Source: Bdellovibrionales bacterium (lineage in GTDB: Bacteria; Bdellovibrionota; Bdellovibrionia; Bdellovibrionales; UBA1609). Taken from it: a stretch of 64,000 nt of DNA. Position 1 is the stretch's first letter, and the number at the start of each line of letters is the position of its first letter. Made by a program: the position numbers and the translations under genes. This document shows positions 19,486 through 29,743 of the stretch, in pieces. The notes below the pieces were generated by a model. The model saw only the letters and a list, made by a program, of their open reading frames with translations. It searched no databases and was not told the origin of the DNA. The DNA lies in NCBI GenBank assembly GCA_965199825.1, contig OZ241329.1, forward strand, positions 480,001-544,000, written 5' to 3'.

Positions 19486-20989
19486 AAAGTTTTTGTGAAA
19501 TCTTTTGGCACAGGGGCCGCACATACTGATGAGGATTTTTTAAATTTCGCAGTGACTGGATCAGTTTAAAGATTTCCTGATCCTTGATCATGAGCTGATC
19601 CATAAATTCGCCATCAACCAATCGAACAAGTGCAGGGCTTAAACTGCCTTGACCATCATTAAACATGTAGCCGTCGCCCTCCGCTTTCATCGCCCAATTT
19701 CGGATGTCGATTTGATATCGAGTGAGGATTGGGAACAGCCGCGCGGCGACTAAGATTTCTTCGGAATCCAGAAGGGTGCTTATTCCGATAATGTCTTTTG
19801 GCATTGGCACTTGGTACCAAGCTTGCTGAAGTTCAAAAACCAATTCTTGAAATTCACGATTATTTCCAAACCGCAAAGGTCCAATATTTTGTGGGCCCAA
19901 AACAAATTTCATAATTCCCATTTGCGATTCGAGGTCTTCGATATCTGCGGTGAGAATATTTTTAACAAGGACGTCGAATGGTTTTTTCAATACCTCAAAC
20001 TTTTTATCCTCACCTGTTTTTGAAACAACTGTCCGCGGTATCTTCGATTCAAACGAGCAGTAAACAGCGTCCGCAACCTTGAATCTTTCAGGCATTAAGT
20101 CCTTAATCTTACGAAGAAGTTCGGCAGTCACTCTTTCATGATTCAGATCTTGCAGCAGGATATTCAAATGAAGGTTGGGTTGATCTACAAAAATGGTATC
20201 GCTCTTTAGATATCCACCAATCCAGCGATAGCGTTTTTTTAAAGGCCGCATTTTTTCGAAATGAGCCCAATTGTTGTATTCAGTTTTTTTGATATCCTCA
20301 AAAAATCGCTCTTGCACTTCGGTTTCATTGTTCTTTAGTGCCTGCGCATAGTTCTGGGGAAAATCATCTTGCGAGCCATAAACCCCTGGCCAAAAAGGAT
20401 AGGTAAACCAAGTTGGTCGGGCGGGTTCATGATGACAAGCCGTACATCTCCGAGAGGGTGAGCCATTGATTGGCGAGATCACAAAATTTTGTTTACGCTC
20501 CTGAGGTGAAAGATCTTCGAGTTGATTCGGGTCACGAGCTTCTTTGGGAAAAGTGATCTCACGAAACTCGAACGATTTTTGTGAATCGTTAAAACACATC
20601 AGTTCCATACGCTCAAAGTTCGCCTGATCGTCCGAGCCATTAAAGGTCAATACCATTTTTGCGTTTGAACCATAGAGCAGCGCCCGCGGATTTTCGAAAC
20701 TCGAACCATGAAGCGAGCGGCTCAAATAAACCAAACTGTGATGCCGCATATAATTGGGGCGATAGGAATAGAGTTTGCTCAGTGCCGCATCAATGGTTTG
20801 CGGGGCTGGCTTTAATTGATTCAAAAACCTGAAAAATTCATCGCATGTCATTGCCGCATTCGGCAAAAATTTGTCGACATACTCACGCGCCATCGCAGGC
20901 TCGCGCGCTCCTAGGGGATTATCCTCCCTATGAAGTTTCGAAACACATGCCGATCGACAAGTACGGCAAGCAGTAGAGTGACTATCCAA
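19475..20989 (-). CDS. Hypothetical protein with one CxxCH motif; probable lipoprotein with a frameshifted signal peptide
   Basis: CTACH motif. An ATG at 20997 in another frame gives MKYWIVTLLLAVL, which would join SACVSK through a frameshift near 20955. Confidence 0.6.
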   Translation of the reverse strand: MDSHSTACRTCRSACVSKLHREDNPLGAREPAMAREYVDKFLPNAAMTCDEFFRFLNQLKPAPQTIDAALSKLYSYRPNYMRHHSLVYLSRSLHGSSFENPRALLYGSNAKMVLTFNGSDDQANFERMELMCFNDSQKSFEFREITFPKEARDPNQLEDLSPQERKQNFVISPINGSPSRRCTACHHEPARPTWFTYPFWPGVYGSQDDFPQNYAQALKNNETEVQERFFEDIKKTEYNNWAHFEKMRPLKKRYRWIGGYLKSDTIFVDQPNLHLNILLQDLNHERVTAELLRKIKDLMPERFKVADAVYCSFESKIPRTVVSKTGEDKKFEVLKKPFDVLVKNILTADIEDLESQMGIMKFVLGPQNIGPLRFGNNREFQELVFELQQAWYQVPMPKDIIGISTLLDSEEILVAARLFPILTRYQIDIRNWAMKAEGDGYMFNDGQGSLSPALVRLVDGEFMDQLMIKDQEIFKLIQSLRNLKNPHQYVRPLCQKISQKLSTL

Positions 20990-21100
20990 TATTTCATTTG
21001 TTTATTGTAGGTGGTAATTGGTGTCTGTCAATTTGTCGAAAGCGTTTGATGTCGAGAAGTTGTGGACCGCTGGTGCGGTCACAAAAAAGCATCGTCTATT

Positions 21101-24100
21101 TTATTTTTCTTCGGGCAAGCCAACCAAGTAGTCTTGCCCTTGCGGCACAAACTTACCGCCGCTATCGGAGTAAGTTCCACCAGCACTTTGAGGACCCATG
21201 ATTCGCACCGGTACTCCAAATTCAATTCCCATTTGCTGACTTAAATTTTGCAGGAATATTTCAACTACGGATGCAACCGCTGCACTTGCACCGTTTGTCG
21301 GTCCGTAGATTCTTTCGGCAAAAAGAGCCCCTTTGTTAGTATCGCGTTCAGTCCCAACCCGTAAGACCTGTCTATGAATTGGCTGTACCATGTCGACTGT
21401 TTTGATCTCACTTCCTGACTCGAGTTGGAAGTGAATACACATTGCGATTTCATCTAAAGAAATCTTCACCGTATTCGCTCTAAGAGCTTCAACAACATTT
21501 TTGTAATCTGCTTGATTTTCGAAATCATTTGGGGTGAGAGCAAAACCAATCACCGTACCTTGGTTCGCCTCCATCACTTGAGAAAAGACCGCAGAGGCAA
21601 ATTGGCCGTAGTCGAGATTTAAACAACTTGCGGCCTGAACCAAGTGGCCTAGACACATATGTGAAAGAGGTGAAACTAGAGTTGTTGCGACCACAATGGT
21701 TTCTCCCTTTCGCACTTGTGAAAGTTGCAGTTGAGAGACGATTTCTCGAACGTCTTCCAATAGGATTGATTGAGTTTTTGCCGCTTTTAAATATGCGAGC
21801 GCGGGTTTTGCGTAAGTCTTATACTCTTCCAAAGAGTTCGAATTTGCGACCAACTGGACTAGTCCAAATAAAATCTTTTTTGGTTCATTCAGTTGTGGGT
21901 CGTTAATCAGATTTTCAATAACAACAGCCGCATTTGTACCAGCCGTTTTAATTTTTTCTTTTAGCATTGTGAGATAAGCTAGATCTTTGGCAATGTCTTC
22001 AAATTCTTTGTCCGCTTCTTTTGCATGTTGCACAAGCTGTTTTGAAATATCTCTTAATCGAATTAATCTAATTTTATTTAATTCTTCTGAGCTGCTGTTG
22101 AGCTGAACAAGCTGAGCTGTTGTCTGCTGCGTTTTCCAAATCTCTTGCGCACGATCAGACATCATCTCGATTTGTTTTTTTGCCTCGGTACGTTCATACT
22201 TATAATTTAAATATGAATTACTGAGCATCGATTTTAAAAAATCGCGAATTTGCGAAATGAGTTGCTTGCTGTTAGACGAGGTCTGCGCACGAACAACAAG
22301 TGTAAGGAATCGATCTAAGTCACCCCATTGTTTTTCGAGCGCTTCGTACTCTTTTTGGTCAAAACTAAAATTGGCGTCACTGAAAATTGATCGGATATAA
22401 TTTTGAATTTGTGAGCTGAGATCTACTGACCATTTTTGTAACAGTGAAGAGTCAATTTCTGCGCCCCGGACAATTTGATTAAATGCATTAAGGTCTCGGT
22501 TATATAAAAATCTGTCACTTTGTGCTAATCGCATCACTGAGCGTAATTGCCGGAGCACCTTTAAGAAAAGATCAAAATTTTCAAAAACTTCATGTTTAAA
22601 ATTTAAATTTTTTAACGGAGTTACTCCATAAATTCCGTCAAGATCTAAGACGACATTTTGCAAAAGCCGCAGCCGCTCTTCATTCAATTTTAACTTATTA
22701 AAATTATTTGGTTGAAGCCCCAAAATCTCTGCCAAATAGCTTAGCTGTGTTTGACCCGATTTTATCTTAGGTCGATCGGATTCGGTCATGACACGAATGT
22801 AACCCGATAAAATTGTTGTATTTCCTGTGGCCTGCTTTAGAAAAGCAAGCTCCTCGGGGGTTAAAATATTCTTGTGGGCTGCAACCAAACGCTCAAATCT
22901 TTCAAAAACAATTTTGAATGGACTGCCCGCATTGACTAGATTTCGTGGATCGATTTCTTCCACAGCAAATGTACTTTGCCGAACTTCATTGTTCGAATTC
23001 AGGGCACCAAACAAATTGAAGCCAACAAGTAAAGATTGAGCTTCTTGCTCTGTTATCTTAAGAGACCCTGCCATAATTTCTTTTTGATAACCAAGTTCAA
23101 ATGGGTAATTTGTCCGTCGAAGTGCGAGCTTTGCAAGCGCCATCTTATCCGTATTATTTAGATTTAAGATCTTGATCAAGGGAGGGACACTCAACAATGG
23201 AAATGGTGTTGGCATACGAGCAATATACTGAAATCCCAAATTGATTTTTTGTTGTCTAGAAAATTTGGACTCAATCAAAAATTCACTCATCAGACTTGTG
23301 CTGACAATATGGGATTGCACCTCAAGCTGCAGATCTGGCGAGAGGCTGAGTGCAATTTGAACCCATCTGCGTTCGATCAGCCATTTGGAGTCGGTGAAGG
23401 GAAGCTGTCGAGCGAAGTCGATCAAGCGTCGAATCGGGCCTGGGCGCTGGATTTCAAAATCTCCTTGAGACCAAATTTTCGCCACTGCAGTGAGCAGTTG
23501 AGCAATCATCTGAGGTTTTAGGCCTCGGACAATTTCCGCGGACATATAGTGGTGAGAAAAAAATGGTTCGCTTTTCAGTTGTTCTGTTAACCATTTTGTC
23601 TTTAGATCTACAGAAACACTTCCGAGATCCTCAGGTGAGGGCGATTCCACTAACGCAGGCAAGAGCAGATTCAATCGGATCAGTCGCTCTTTCAAAACTT
23701 TTGACTTACCAGATATCTGAAAAGATTCGAGTTTGGATTTTTCATCCTTATTCCAATCTGCTTGAAAAATAAATTTCGCAAGTTGGGCGGCAATTTCAAA
23801 ATCAATTTTTTCGTCTGCGATAATTTCAAGAAGTACGGGAGTGACATTTGATGCGATATCTTTTGTGATCCGCTCTTTATAATTTAAAAGTCTGCCAAAC
23901 AGTTCAGAATCGATTTTTTGATTTTTATGGTAATAGCCTAAAACTAATTTTAGATCCGCAGTTTCCAAAAATTTTTGAGTGGGCTCAGTCGGCTCGTCTC
24001 CAAAAGTTGATTTGAATTGAGCATAAGAAACTGGCCAGTTTTGAGCGATGGAATTCTTTAACTGATCAATGTCACCTTCAGTTAGAGGAGTGTTTTGCCA

Positions 24101-24664
24101 TTGTCCTTTCAAAACAGATCCAAAAATTAAAATATGCTCCGGATCGCTCGTGAGCTGCAGCCATGTCTGACGATCGAGATCATTCTCCAAGGCCAAGCTG
24201 AACCACTCAAAAAGGGCCTCTCGCTGGCCGATTTGACCCGATTTTAATTCGTCAAAATTTAATATTTGAGTTCCGGTGAACTTTTTGATTTCTTGAGCTG
24301 CAGATGAAAGAATACGAACCAGATTTTCCTTGCGATTTGAGGACTCCGCACACACTTTTTTGAAAGCCTGAATTGCAATCTTTGAATTTTCAAAAAGAAA
24401 ATGATGATCGATAATCCCATTTGCTAAATTTGAGCAGGCTGCATCCTTCGTATTCGGCGGCAGTTGAGTGATATCGATCCGAAGTAGCTCTATAAGCCAA
24501 GCTTCGGCTTGATTTTGAATCAATTTTTTTTGCTTGTGTAGGTCGAGTGTATAACCCTCGGGCGCTCGAGGTGGAGGCTGAACCAGAGCCAGGACGCAAG
24601 CATCGGTGCTGCTCTGAAATTTTGCTGCATGTGCGGACATCATAAAGAGCAGAACCCATGTCAT
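21101..24664 (-). CDS. Large secreted hypothetical protein (1187 aa)
   Basis: Long ORF with signal peptide MTWVLLFMMSAHA; mostly helical composition; no recognised domain. Confidence 0.8.
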   Translation of the reverse strand: MTWVLLFMMSAHAAKFQSSTDACVLALVQPPPRAPEGYTLDLHKQKKLIQNQAEAWLIELLRIDITQLPPNTKDAACSNLANGIIDHHFLFENSKIAIQAFKKVCAESSNRKENLVRILSSAAQEIKKFTGTQILNFDELKSGQIGQREALFEWFSLALENDLDRQTWLQLTSDPEHILIFGSVLKGQWQNTPLTEGDIDQLKNSIAQNWPVSYAQFKSTFGDEPTEPTQKFLETADLKLVLGYYHKNQKIDSELFGRLLNYKERITKDIASNVTPVLLEIIADEKIDFEIAAQLAKFIFQADWNKDEKSKLESFQISGKSKVLKERLIRLNLLLPALVESPSPEDLGSVSVDLKTKWLTEQLKSEPFFSHHYMSAEIVRGLKPQMIAQLLTAVAKIWSQGDFEIQRPGPIRRLIDFARQLPFTDSKWLIERRWVQIALSLSPDLQLEVQSHIVSTSLMSEFLIESKFSRQQKINLGFQYIARMPTPFPLLSVPPLIKILNLNNTDKMALAKLALRRTNYPFELGYQKEIMAGSLKITEQEAQSLLVGFNLFGALNSNNEVRQSTFAVEEIDPRNLVNAGSPFKIVFERFERLVAAHKNILTPEELAFLKQATGNTTILSGYIRVMTESDRPKIKSGQTQLSYLAEILGLQPNNFNKLKLNEERLRLLQNVVLDLDGIYGVTPLKNLNFKHEVFENFDLFLKVLRQLRSVMRLAQSDRFLYNRDLNAFNQIVRGAEIDSSLLQKWSVDLSSQIQNYIRSIFSDANFSFDQKEYEALEKQWGDLDRFLTLVVRAQTSSNSKQLISQIRDFLKSMLSNSYLNYKYERTEAKKQIEMMSDRAQEIWKTQQTTAQLVQLNSSSEELNKIRLIRLRDISKQLVQHAKEADKEFEDIAKDLAYLTMLKEKIKTAGTNAAVVIENLINDPQLNEPKKILFGLVQLVANSNSLEEYKTYAKPALAYLKAAKTQSILLEDVREIVSQLQLSQVRKGETIVVATTLVSPLSHMCLGHLVQAASCLNLDYGQFASAVFSQVMEANQGTVIGFALTPNDFENQADYKNVVEALRANTVKISLDEIAMCIHFQLESGSEIKTVDMVQPIHRQVLRVGTERDTNKGALFAERIYGPTNGASAAVASVVEIFLQNLSQQMGIEFGVPVRIMGPQSAGGTYSDSGGKFVPQGQDYLVGLPEEK

Positions 24665-24675
24665 ACTTGTCTTAT

Positions 24676-24691
24676 AGCAAACAAAGAGCCA
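24676..24691 (-). promoter_or_regulatory. Putative sigma54 promoter for the 1187-aa gene
   Basis: Minus strand TGGCTCTTTGTTTGCT, exact spacing; ATG about 12 nt downstream. Confidence 0.55.
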
Positions 24692-24787
24692 CGGCCAACC
24701 ACGTTGGTTCTTTTTTACAACTCGGCGTTGTTGAATTATTTGTCAGTTTTGGTTTTCTTACGATCTCCAATGATTGATTACCATCGT

Positions 24788-26980
24788 TCACTTCTTTAAA
24801 AGTCGAGAACATACAAATTCATAAGCGGCTTGACCCAGTCGGGTGATGTGGTGACTTGTTGTTTGTCTGATCATTTTTAAGTTCGAGATTCTCCACAAGT
24901 CTTGGTTTTTTAATACCCCAATCAACTGCTGGCGCTCTTCAGCGCTTTGCTTCAAAGTGATGAGTTGTGACCAATCTTTTTGTATTATTCTATATTCGGA
25001 GTCGCTCACAATAATAGGAGGCAAACTTTCGATCAATGCCTTTCGTGTATCTGCATCTGTTGCCCATGCAACATTGAGCAATTCCCGATAAAATCCTTTT
25101 CCAATTGAAGTTTTATTTTTAATTATTGAAAGCGCGGTCTTTACTTCTTCAGATTTTTGATCGCGCAAGACACTCAATAAAATACGCTGTTGAATTGGAG
25201 TTATCCCAGTGCCCTCCACATAAGTGTTTAAAATTTTAATGCGCTCTGGACCGCCCGGTGAAAAATGATTCCATTGAGCCCAAACTTCAGGGTCGACGAG
25301 CGCCTGATTGAAAAGTTGTTTTAATTTTTTAAGACTCTGACCTTTGCCAGTTTGGCTTTGCCTTTTCACACGTTGATCGAGCTCGACCGAAATATATTTA
25401 AATAAGTCCTGCCATCGAGGATCGTTTACCAACTGAGGCTGAGTTTCTAAGAGCTCAGACATTCTACGGGTGAGCACACGCGTATTTATAAATTTGAGGT
25501 CAATAGGTTCTATTTGAAGAATGCTAAAGGCCTCATTCCACTGTTCAAGAGTCAGTTCAGTATTTCGCCTTAAATATTCTAAGTTTTTTGCCGTTTCAAA
25601 TTGTGCATGATCAATATTCAAAATTGAGAGAGCAATTTGAAGAGTTTTATTTTGCACTTTCATTGTGCGACCGAGCCGTGCCGCCAAGCGCGCCCGACCT
25701 AAAATTGAAAGAGACATGAAGTCGATGGGATGATTGTTGGTCGAAAGACCTAATTCTAAAATCTGTGGCAAGTGAGATGCAGTTCTTATCTGTACCGGAA
25801 TCTCTTTTGTCGAAGGAATGACATAGTAGTTTTCAAAACTCATTGTCGACGGATTTTCATCTAAATAAGAGTCGAGCTGCACCCATAAATCAGTGGCCGC
25901 AGATGCCCTTTGATTTTTTGTAAGTGATTCGGCTTTGATGGTGTCGATAATGGCGCCATCATTCATTGCTCCACCATCGAGATCTTCATCAAACGGTAGA
26001 GCGAGCTGGTCTGATTTCCAAAGCGCACTCATTCCATCAAGTAATGGTTTGACATGAGTGGCACGGAGGCCTGGGCCGTTAATTGTGATCACAAACGGAA
26101 TTGATTTACCTTTGTATATGACGGGCATCACAAAAACGTACCCAACAATTTGATCGGTGATTTTGTGCCCGAGTCGGACCCAATAGGTTTTCGCTCCAGG
26201 AAGCAGAGCATGATACCCCACACTCTTGAGTGAGCAATCAAGTCCAACCGCGGCCCTGATGGTTGCAATCATGGGCGGAACTTCTTCTAGAGACATTTTT
26301 TGAGGCTTGATCGGTGTACCGTCATTTGTCCGCAGCACAAGTCTCGGTTCTACAAAGCGGATTGCAAAATTATTAATCACGCTTTGGATTTGATCTTTTT
26401 GATGCTGTGACTGAGCAAGTTTTTGAGCCTGCTCGAGCAAAGATTTGTAGTTGTGCTTAAGTTCTTCGCCACTGATATTTTCAAGACTTGATAAGAAAGC
26501 GTCTTGGTCTTCCTCAGTCGAGAGGTCGTCGAAACGTTTATGTCCCTGACGATCGAACATAAAAGGCAAAAGCGAGAGAGCATTTTGGTTTCCAAAAGTT
26601 TCAACCGCAGTTTTAAAATCTTCAACCTTGCCCTCTTCAAAAAATTTAATCGCTCGTCGCGAAAGTTCGCTCTGAATTTCTTGAAGCCCTTTTAGATCAT
26701 AGCTTGAATCTGCCGCGAGAAATTGAAATCCATAAAGGTGTTGAGGTTTGATTTCCCAAGTCTCAGCAGGAATTTGTAATTCTTGATCAATACGAGGAAT
26801 CGCCCGGAAGTAACCAGTGATCGATCTATTGAAAGTTGAGTTTAAGCTGTTGAGCCGCGGATAGCGGTAAAGCAAATTGAGAAAAAATCGTGTTTGCTCA
26901 ACAGGGTCTTGAAATTGGTGAGGAAGTTGGGCGACGCCCATTTTGCAAAATACTAAAATGAAGAGGATTGTTTTTAGCAT
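24788..26980 (-). CDS. Large secreted hypothetical protein (730 aa)
   Basis: Long ORF with signal peptide; ends in VCSRLLKK. Confidence 0.8.
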   Translation of the reverse strand: MLKTILFILVFCKMGVAQLPHQFQDPVEQTRFFLNLLYRYPRLNSLNSTFNRSITGYFRAIPRIDQELQIPAETWEIKPQHLYGFQFLAADSSYDLKGLQEIQSELSRRAIKFFEEGKVEDFKTAVETFGNQNALSLLPFMFDRQGHKRFDDLSTEEDQDAFLSSLENISGEELKHNYKSLLEQAQKLAQSQHQKDQIQSVINNFAIRFVEPRLVLRTNDGTPIKPQKMSLEEVPPMIATIRAAVGLDCSLKSVGYHALLPGAKTYWVRLGHKITDQIVGYVFVMPVIYKGKSIPFVITINGPGLRATHVKPLLDGMSALWKSDQLALPFDEDLDGGAMNDGAIIDTIKAESLTKNQRASAATDLWVQLDSYLDENPSTMSFENYYVIPSTKEIPVQIRTASHLPQILELGLSTNNHPIDFMSLSILGRARLAARLGRTMKVQNKTLQIALSILNIDHAQFETAKNLEYLRRNTELTLEQWNEAFSILQIEPIDLKFINTRVLTRRMSELLETQPQLVNDPRWQDLFKYISVELDQRVKRQSQTGKGQSLKKLKQLFNQALVDPEVWAQWNHFSPGGPERIKILNTYVEGTGITPIQQRILLSVLRDQKSEEVKTALSIIKNKTSIGKGFYRELLNVAWATDADTRKALIESLPPIIVSDSEYRIIQKDWSQLITLKQSAEERQQLIGVLKNQDLWRISNLKMIRQTTSHHITRLGQAAYEFVCSRLLKK

Positions 26981-27217
26981 AAGACTCAGTTGGTTTGTTT
27001 TAATGATGAACCTAGCTGATGTTTTTTGTTCTGAGAATTTATTTTCGTCGGCACATGCGACAGAGGAATGTTCACTGTATTTAGTTTAGGTTTCTAGTGC
27101 GTTTTTTGAATTGATTCCTTTTATTGGTTTGGCCGTCAATTTTTTCGATTGGTCTTTTGGCAGCTCGTCGCTATTGATCGCTGGCAAAGATGGTTGTGGA
27201 GGAGAACTTTTCATCAA

Positions 27218-27489
27218 ATGACAGTGCCCCAATCGACTAATCATAAAGACGATTGCTCAGCCTTGAAACTTTGGGTTTCTGGCAAATAGGATTTCGAGAG
27301 ATGAAATGACCGTGCCTCTTTCGTCTCCCCGCCGGAGAAAATAGTGTTTTTAAATTTATTAAATGAAATTGCCCCCTTTTCGTTGACGCTAAAAAACATT
27401 GCGGTTTTATAACTACTCGCATGACAGTGCCCCGTTCGCGCTTAGTAAGAAAAAATTGAGCTGCTAAACCTATCGAATGACATTGCCCC
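27218..27489 (+). repeat. Five spaced direct repeats, consensus ATGACAKTGCCCC, upstream of the Y1 transposase
   Basis: Copies at 27218, 27306, 27363, 27421, 27477 (spacing 88, 57, 58, 56); sequence between copies is unrelated. Confidence 0.85.
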
Positions 27490-27524
27490 CTTCCACTAAC
27501 TCTAAATAAATATTGAATAAACAA

Positions 27525-27553
27525 TTGCCTAAACTAAATAGTAATTATATACT
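27525..27553 (+). promoter_or_regulatory. Sigma70-type promoter, probably giving a leaderless transposase mRNA
   Basis: TTGCCT-N17-TATACT; ATG begins 7 nt after the -10 box and no SD is present. Confidence 0.55.
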
Positions 27554-27559
27554 TCAGCA

Positions 27560-28108
27560 ATGAAACAGCAGCCTCTTTTTAAATTTAAATCTTTAAAATC
27601 TCATGGTGGGGTTGTTAGCAAAGGCAAAAGAAAATCAACGAGACCCCTCAACAAAAAACGACTTCATCATGTGGTTATGAAGTCTCAATACGCGAAAGGC
27701 GTATATAGTTTTAAAAACTCGAGTCATCGTCAAAAACTTGAACGACTGATTTATAACAAAGCTAAAATTTACGGCGTCCGCATTTCTGAATTCGCGAATG
27801 TGGGAAATCATTTTCATCTTTTAATTCGCTTTCAAAGCGTTCATCTCTTAAAAAATTTTTTGAAAGTGACGTTGGGATTAATTGCACGAATTGTGAGCAA
27901 AGCTCAAAAAGGTAGAAAATTTGGTAGATTTTGGGATGGGCTTGTATTTACACGCATCGTTTCCAAGGGAATTGATGAAGCGCGAGTCGTTGATTACCTC
28001 AGTGCAAATATCATCGAATCGGAGCTGGGAAATTTTTTTCGTTATCTTTTTGAGGAGGAGCAAAAAAAGTATTGGAAATCGAAGACGAAAAAACGCCAAG
28101 CTTTGTAA
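27560..28108 (+). mobile_element. Stand-alone Y1 (HUH) transposase, IS200/RAYT-like
   Basis: HVVMKS strand, HUH motif GNHFHLL, FWDG, catalytic Tyr in DYLSAN; 182 aa; no tnpB nearby. Confidence 0.85.
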
Positions 28109-28235
28109 TTACGAGATGTTTAAAATTAGCCTTCGAAGTTTGATTCCAACCCTAACTTCATTTATTTCACCGCCGGAGATTTCGCTAAATCCAAAACAAC
28201 ACTGCACCCCCCACAACCTCAGCACTCTAAAAAAA

Positions 28236-28739
28236 CTATCGCTTCCGCGCAGCCTCCTGCAAAAACGACCGAGCATTCATCAACTGCATCTCTTGCTCGT
28301 TTAAAATTTTTTGTAAGCTTTGAAGGCGAACTTCGTAGGTTTGGAGCATCGACGCATGACGATCAACCAGATCTTGAACTTTGTGATCGGCCAATTTTCT
28401 TTCGCCCAAGCGCACGGTCATCAATTGCAATTTGTCGGAAGTGTCAGAAATAAATCCCTTCACAACTTCGTCCATGCGTTGGCAAGAACCCATGATGCGT
28501 TCGATTCGCACTTTTGTGGCGTGCACCAATTCATTTTGGCGAGTTTGCATCTGTGACTGCACGCTTTCGAGCTCGCTTACTTTTTTACGTAACTGATCCA
28601 CCGTTGTAAGCATGCTGCGCCAATCTTGCTCCGTCATAAACGTGGGAACGGGCGGCTCGGTCTGCCACGGCAGCCGCGGCGCTGGATCGATTGCCGGTTT
28701 TAGATCGCCGAAAATATCGGACTGGAGTTCTCTTGCCAT
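28236..28739 (-). CDS. Coiled-coil hypothetical protein
   Basis: 167-aa ORF with GAGGGG RBS and heptad-rich sequence. Confidence 0.7.
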   Translation of the reverse strand: MARELQSDIFGDLKPAIDPAPRLPWQTEPPVPTFMTEQDWRSMLTTVDQLRKKVSELESVQSQMQTRQNELVHATKVRIERIMGSCQRMDEVVKGFISDTSDKLQLMTVRLGERKLADHKVQDLVDRHASMLQTYEVRLQSLQKILNEQEMQLMNARSFLQEAARKR

Positions 28740-28768
28740 GGCTAAAATCCCCCTCTATCGTTTGGAGT

Positions 28769-29743
28769 ATGTCATCTGTAAATGTGTTAGCACAGTACCT
28801 TTTAAAGCTCGATCCACAAAAAAGTGTGGCGCGCATGACCTTTTATCATTTCTTAAAAAACTTTTGTGAGATGGGCGAACAGATTTCGCCCCAAATGATC
28901 AGTCAATTTTATCGCAGAGCCTTGGGCTTTCAATATTGGCAAACTCACCAAGAGATTCTCTCGCAAACGGTCGAACAAGATCTCGCATTGTTTGGCGAGC
29001 AAATGGGTTTGGCTTTTGATCCTCGTGAAATTCGCTACTCCTATCAAATCGTTGAGCTAAAAAATAATAAAGACAGCGAAGCATTGTTGCTTGGTCATGT
29101 TCAAGAAAAGTTGCGGCCTGGCGAGCGATTAAAAATGATAAAGCTCGAAGACAATCGCTTCGCAATTTTAAAACTTTTGATTTCTGGAATGCTCGAAGTC
29201 GATATTTTTACCTCAACCGCGGTGATCGATGGCCCAAAACTTTTGCCGCTCGAACCCCTCACCTCACTCAAATATTCGGCGTCACTTGAGCTTGTGCCCT
29301 ACACCACTCAACTCATTGAAACCGCACCGATGACCACTTCGCGCTTTCAGCTGTATGAAAATTCTATTCAGGGCAGTACGTTGCGCGGCTATTCTCTTCA
29401 AAAGTACGAATCGCTCCAAGGCGGAGCACTTGCCCAACATTCCGAATTGTTTTTTGCGCTCAAGCGGCTTGAGCGGCTTTATGTGCAAGCTGAGTCGGAT
29501 CCGTTTTACCAAGAGCTCATTGCGCTGCTCGAAAAAAGTTACAACACACTTTCGCAAGGTCATCCCGATGCGGCCAAATTGGCCGAAACTGCCATCGCAA
29601 AAGGGCAACAAGCCCTCAAATCGGCCTTTCCCAATGACAAACTTCTGCTTCTTCTGGTAACAAATATCGAATTCCTCCTCAGCCAGAAAGGCCGACGAAT
29701 CGATGGCGCCAGCCGAAGCAACACCTACTCCTATAAGACTTAA
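28769..29743 (+). CDS. Hypothetical protein, first gene of a probable operon with the pseudouridine synthase
   Basis: ATG 28769 after GGAG; overlaps the next gene. Confidence 0.75.
   Translation: MSSVNVLAQYLLKLDPQKSVARMTFYHFLKNFCEMGEQISPQMISQFYRRALGFQYWQTHQEILSQTVEQDLALFGEQMGLAFDPREIRYSYQIVELKNNKDSEALLLGHVQEKLRPGERLKMIKLEDNRFAILKLLISGMLEVDIFTSTAVIDGPKLLPLEPLTSLKYSASLELVPYTTQLIETAPMTTSRFQLYENSIQGSTLRGYSLQKYESLQGGALAQHSELFFALKRLERLYVQAESDPFYQELIALLEKSYNTLSQGHPDAAKLAETAIAKGQQALKSAFPNDKLLLLLVTNIEFLLSQKGRRIDGASRSNTYSYKT

Noticed and set aside
27218..27489. CRISPR array
   Set aside because: Repeats are about 13-18 bp, degenerate and non-palindromic, with no cas genes; kept as a transposase-linked repeat.
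27329..28179. CCGCCGGAGA direct repeat on both sides of the Y1 transposase (similar sequence near 32620)
   Set aside because: Only 10 bp, one copy lies inside the repeat array, and Y1 enzymes do not make target duplications; not enough to call element ends.
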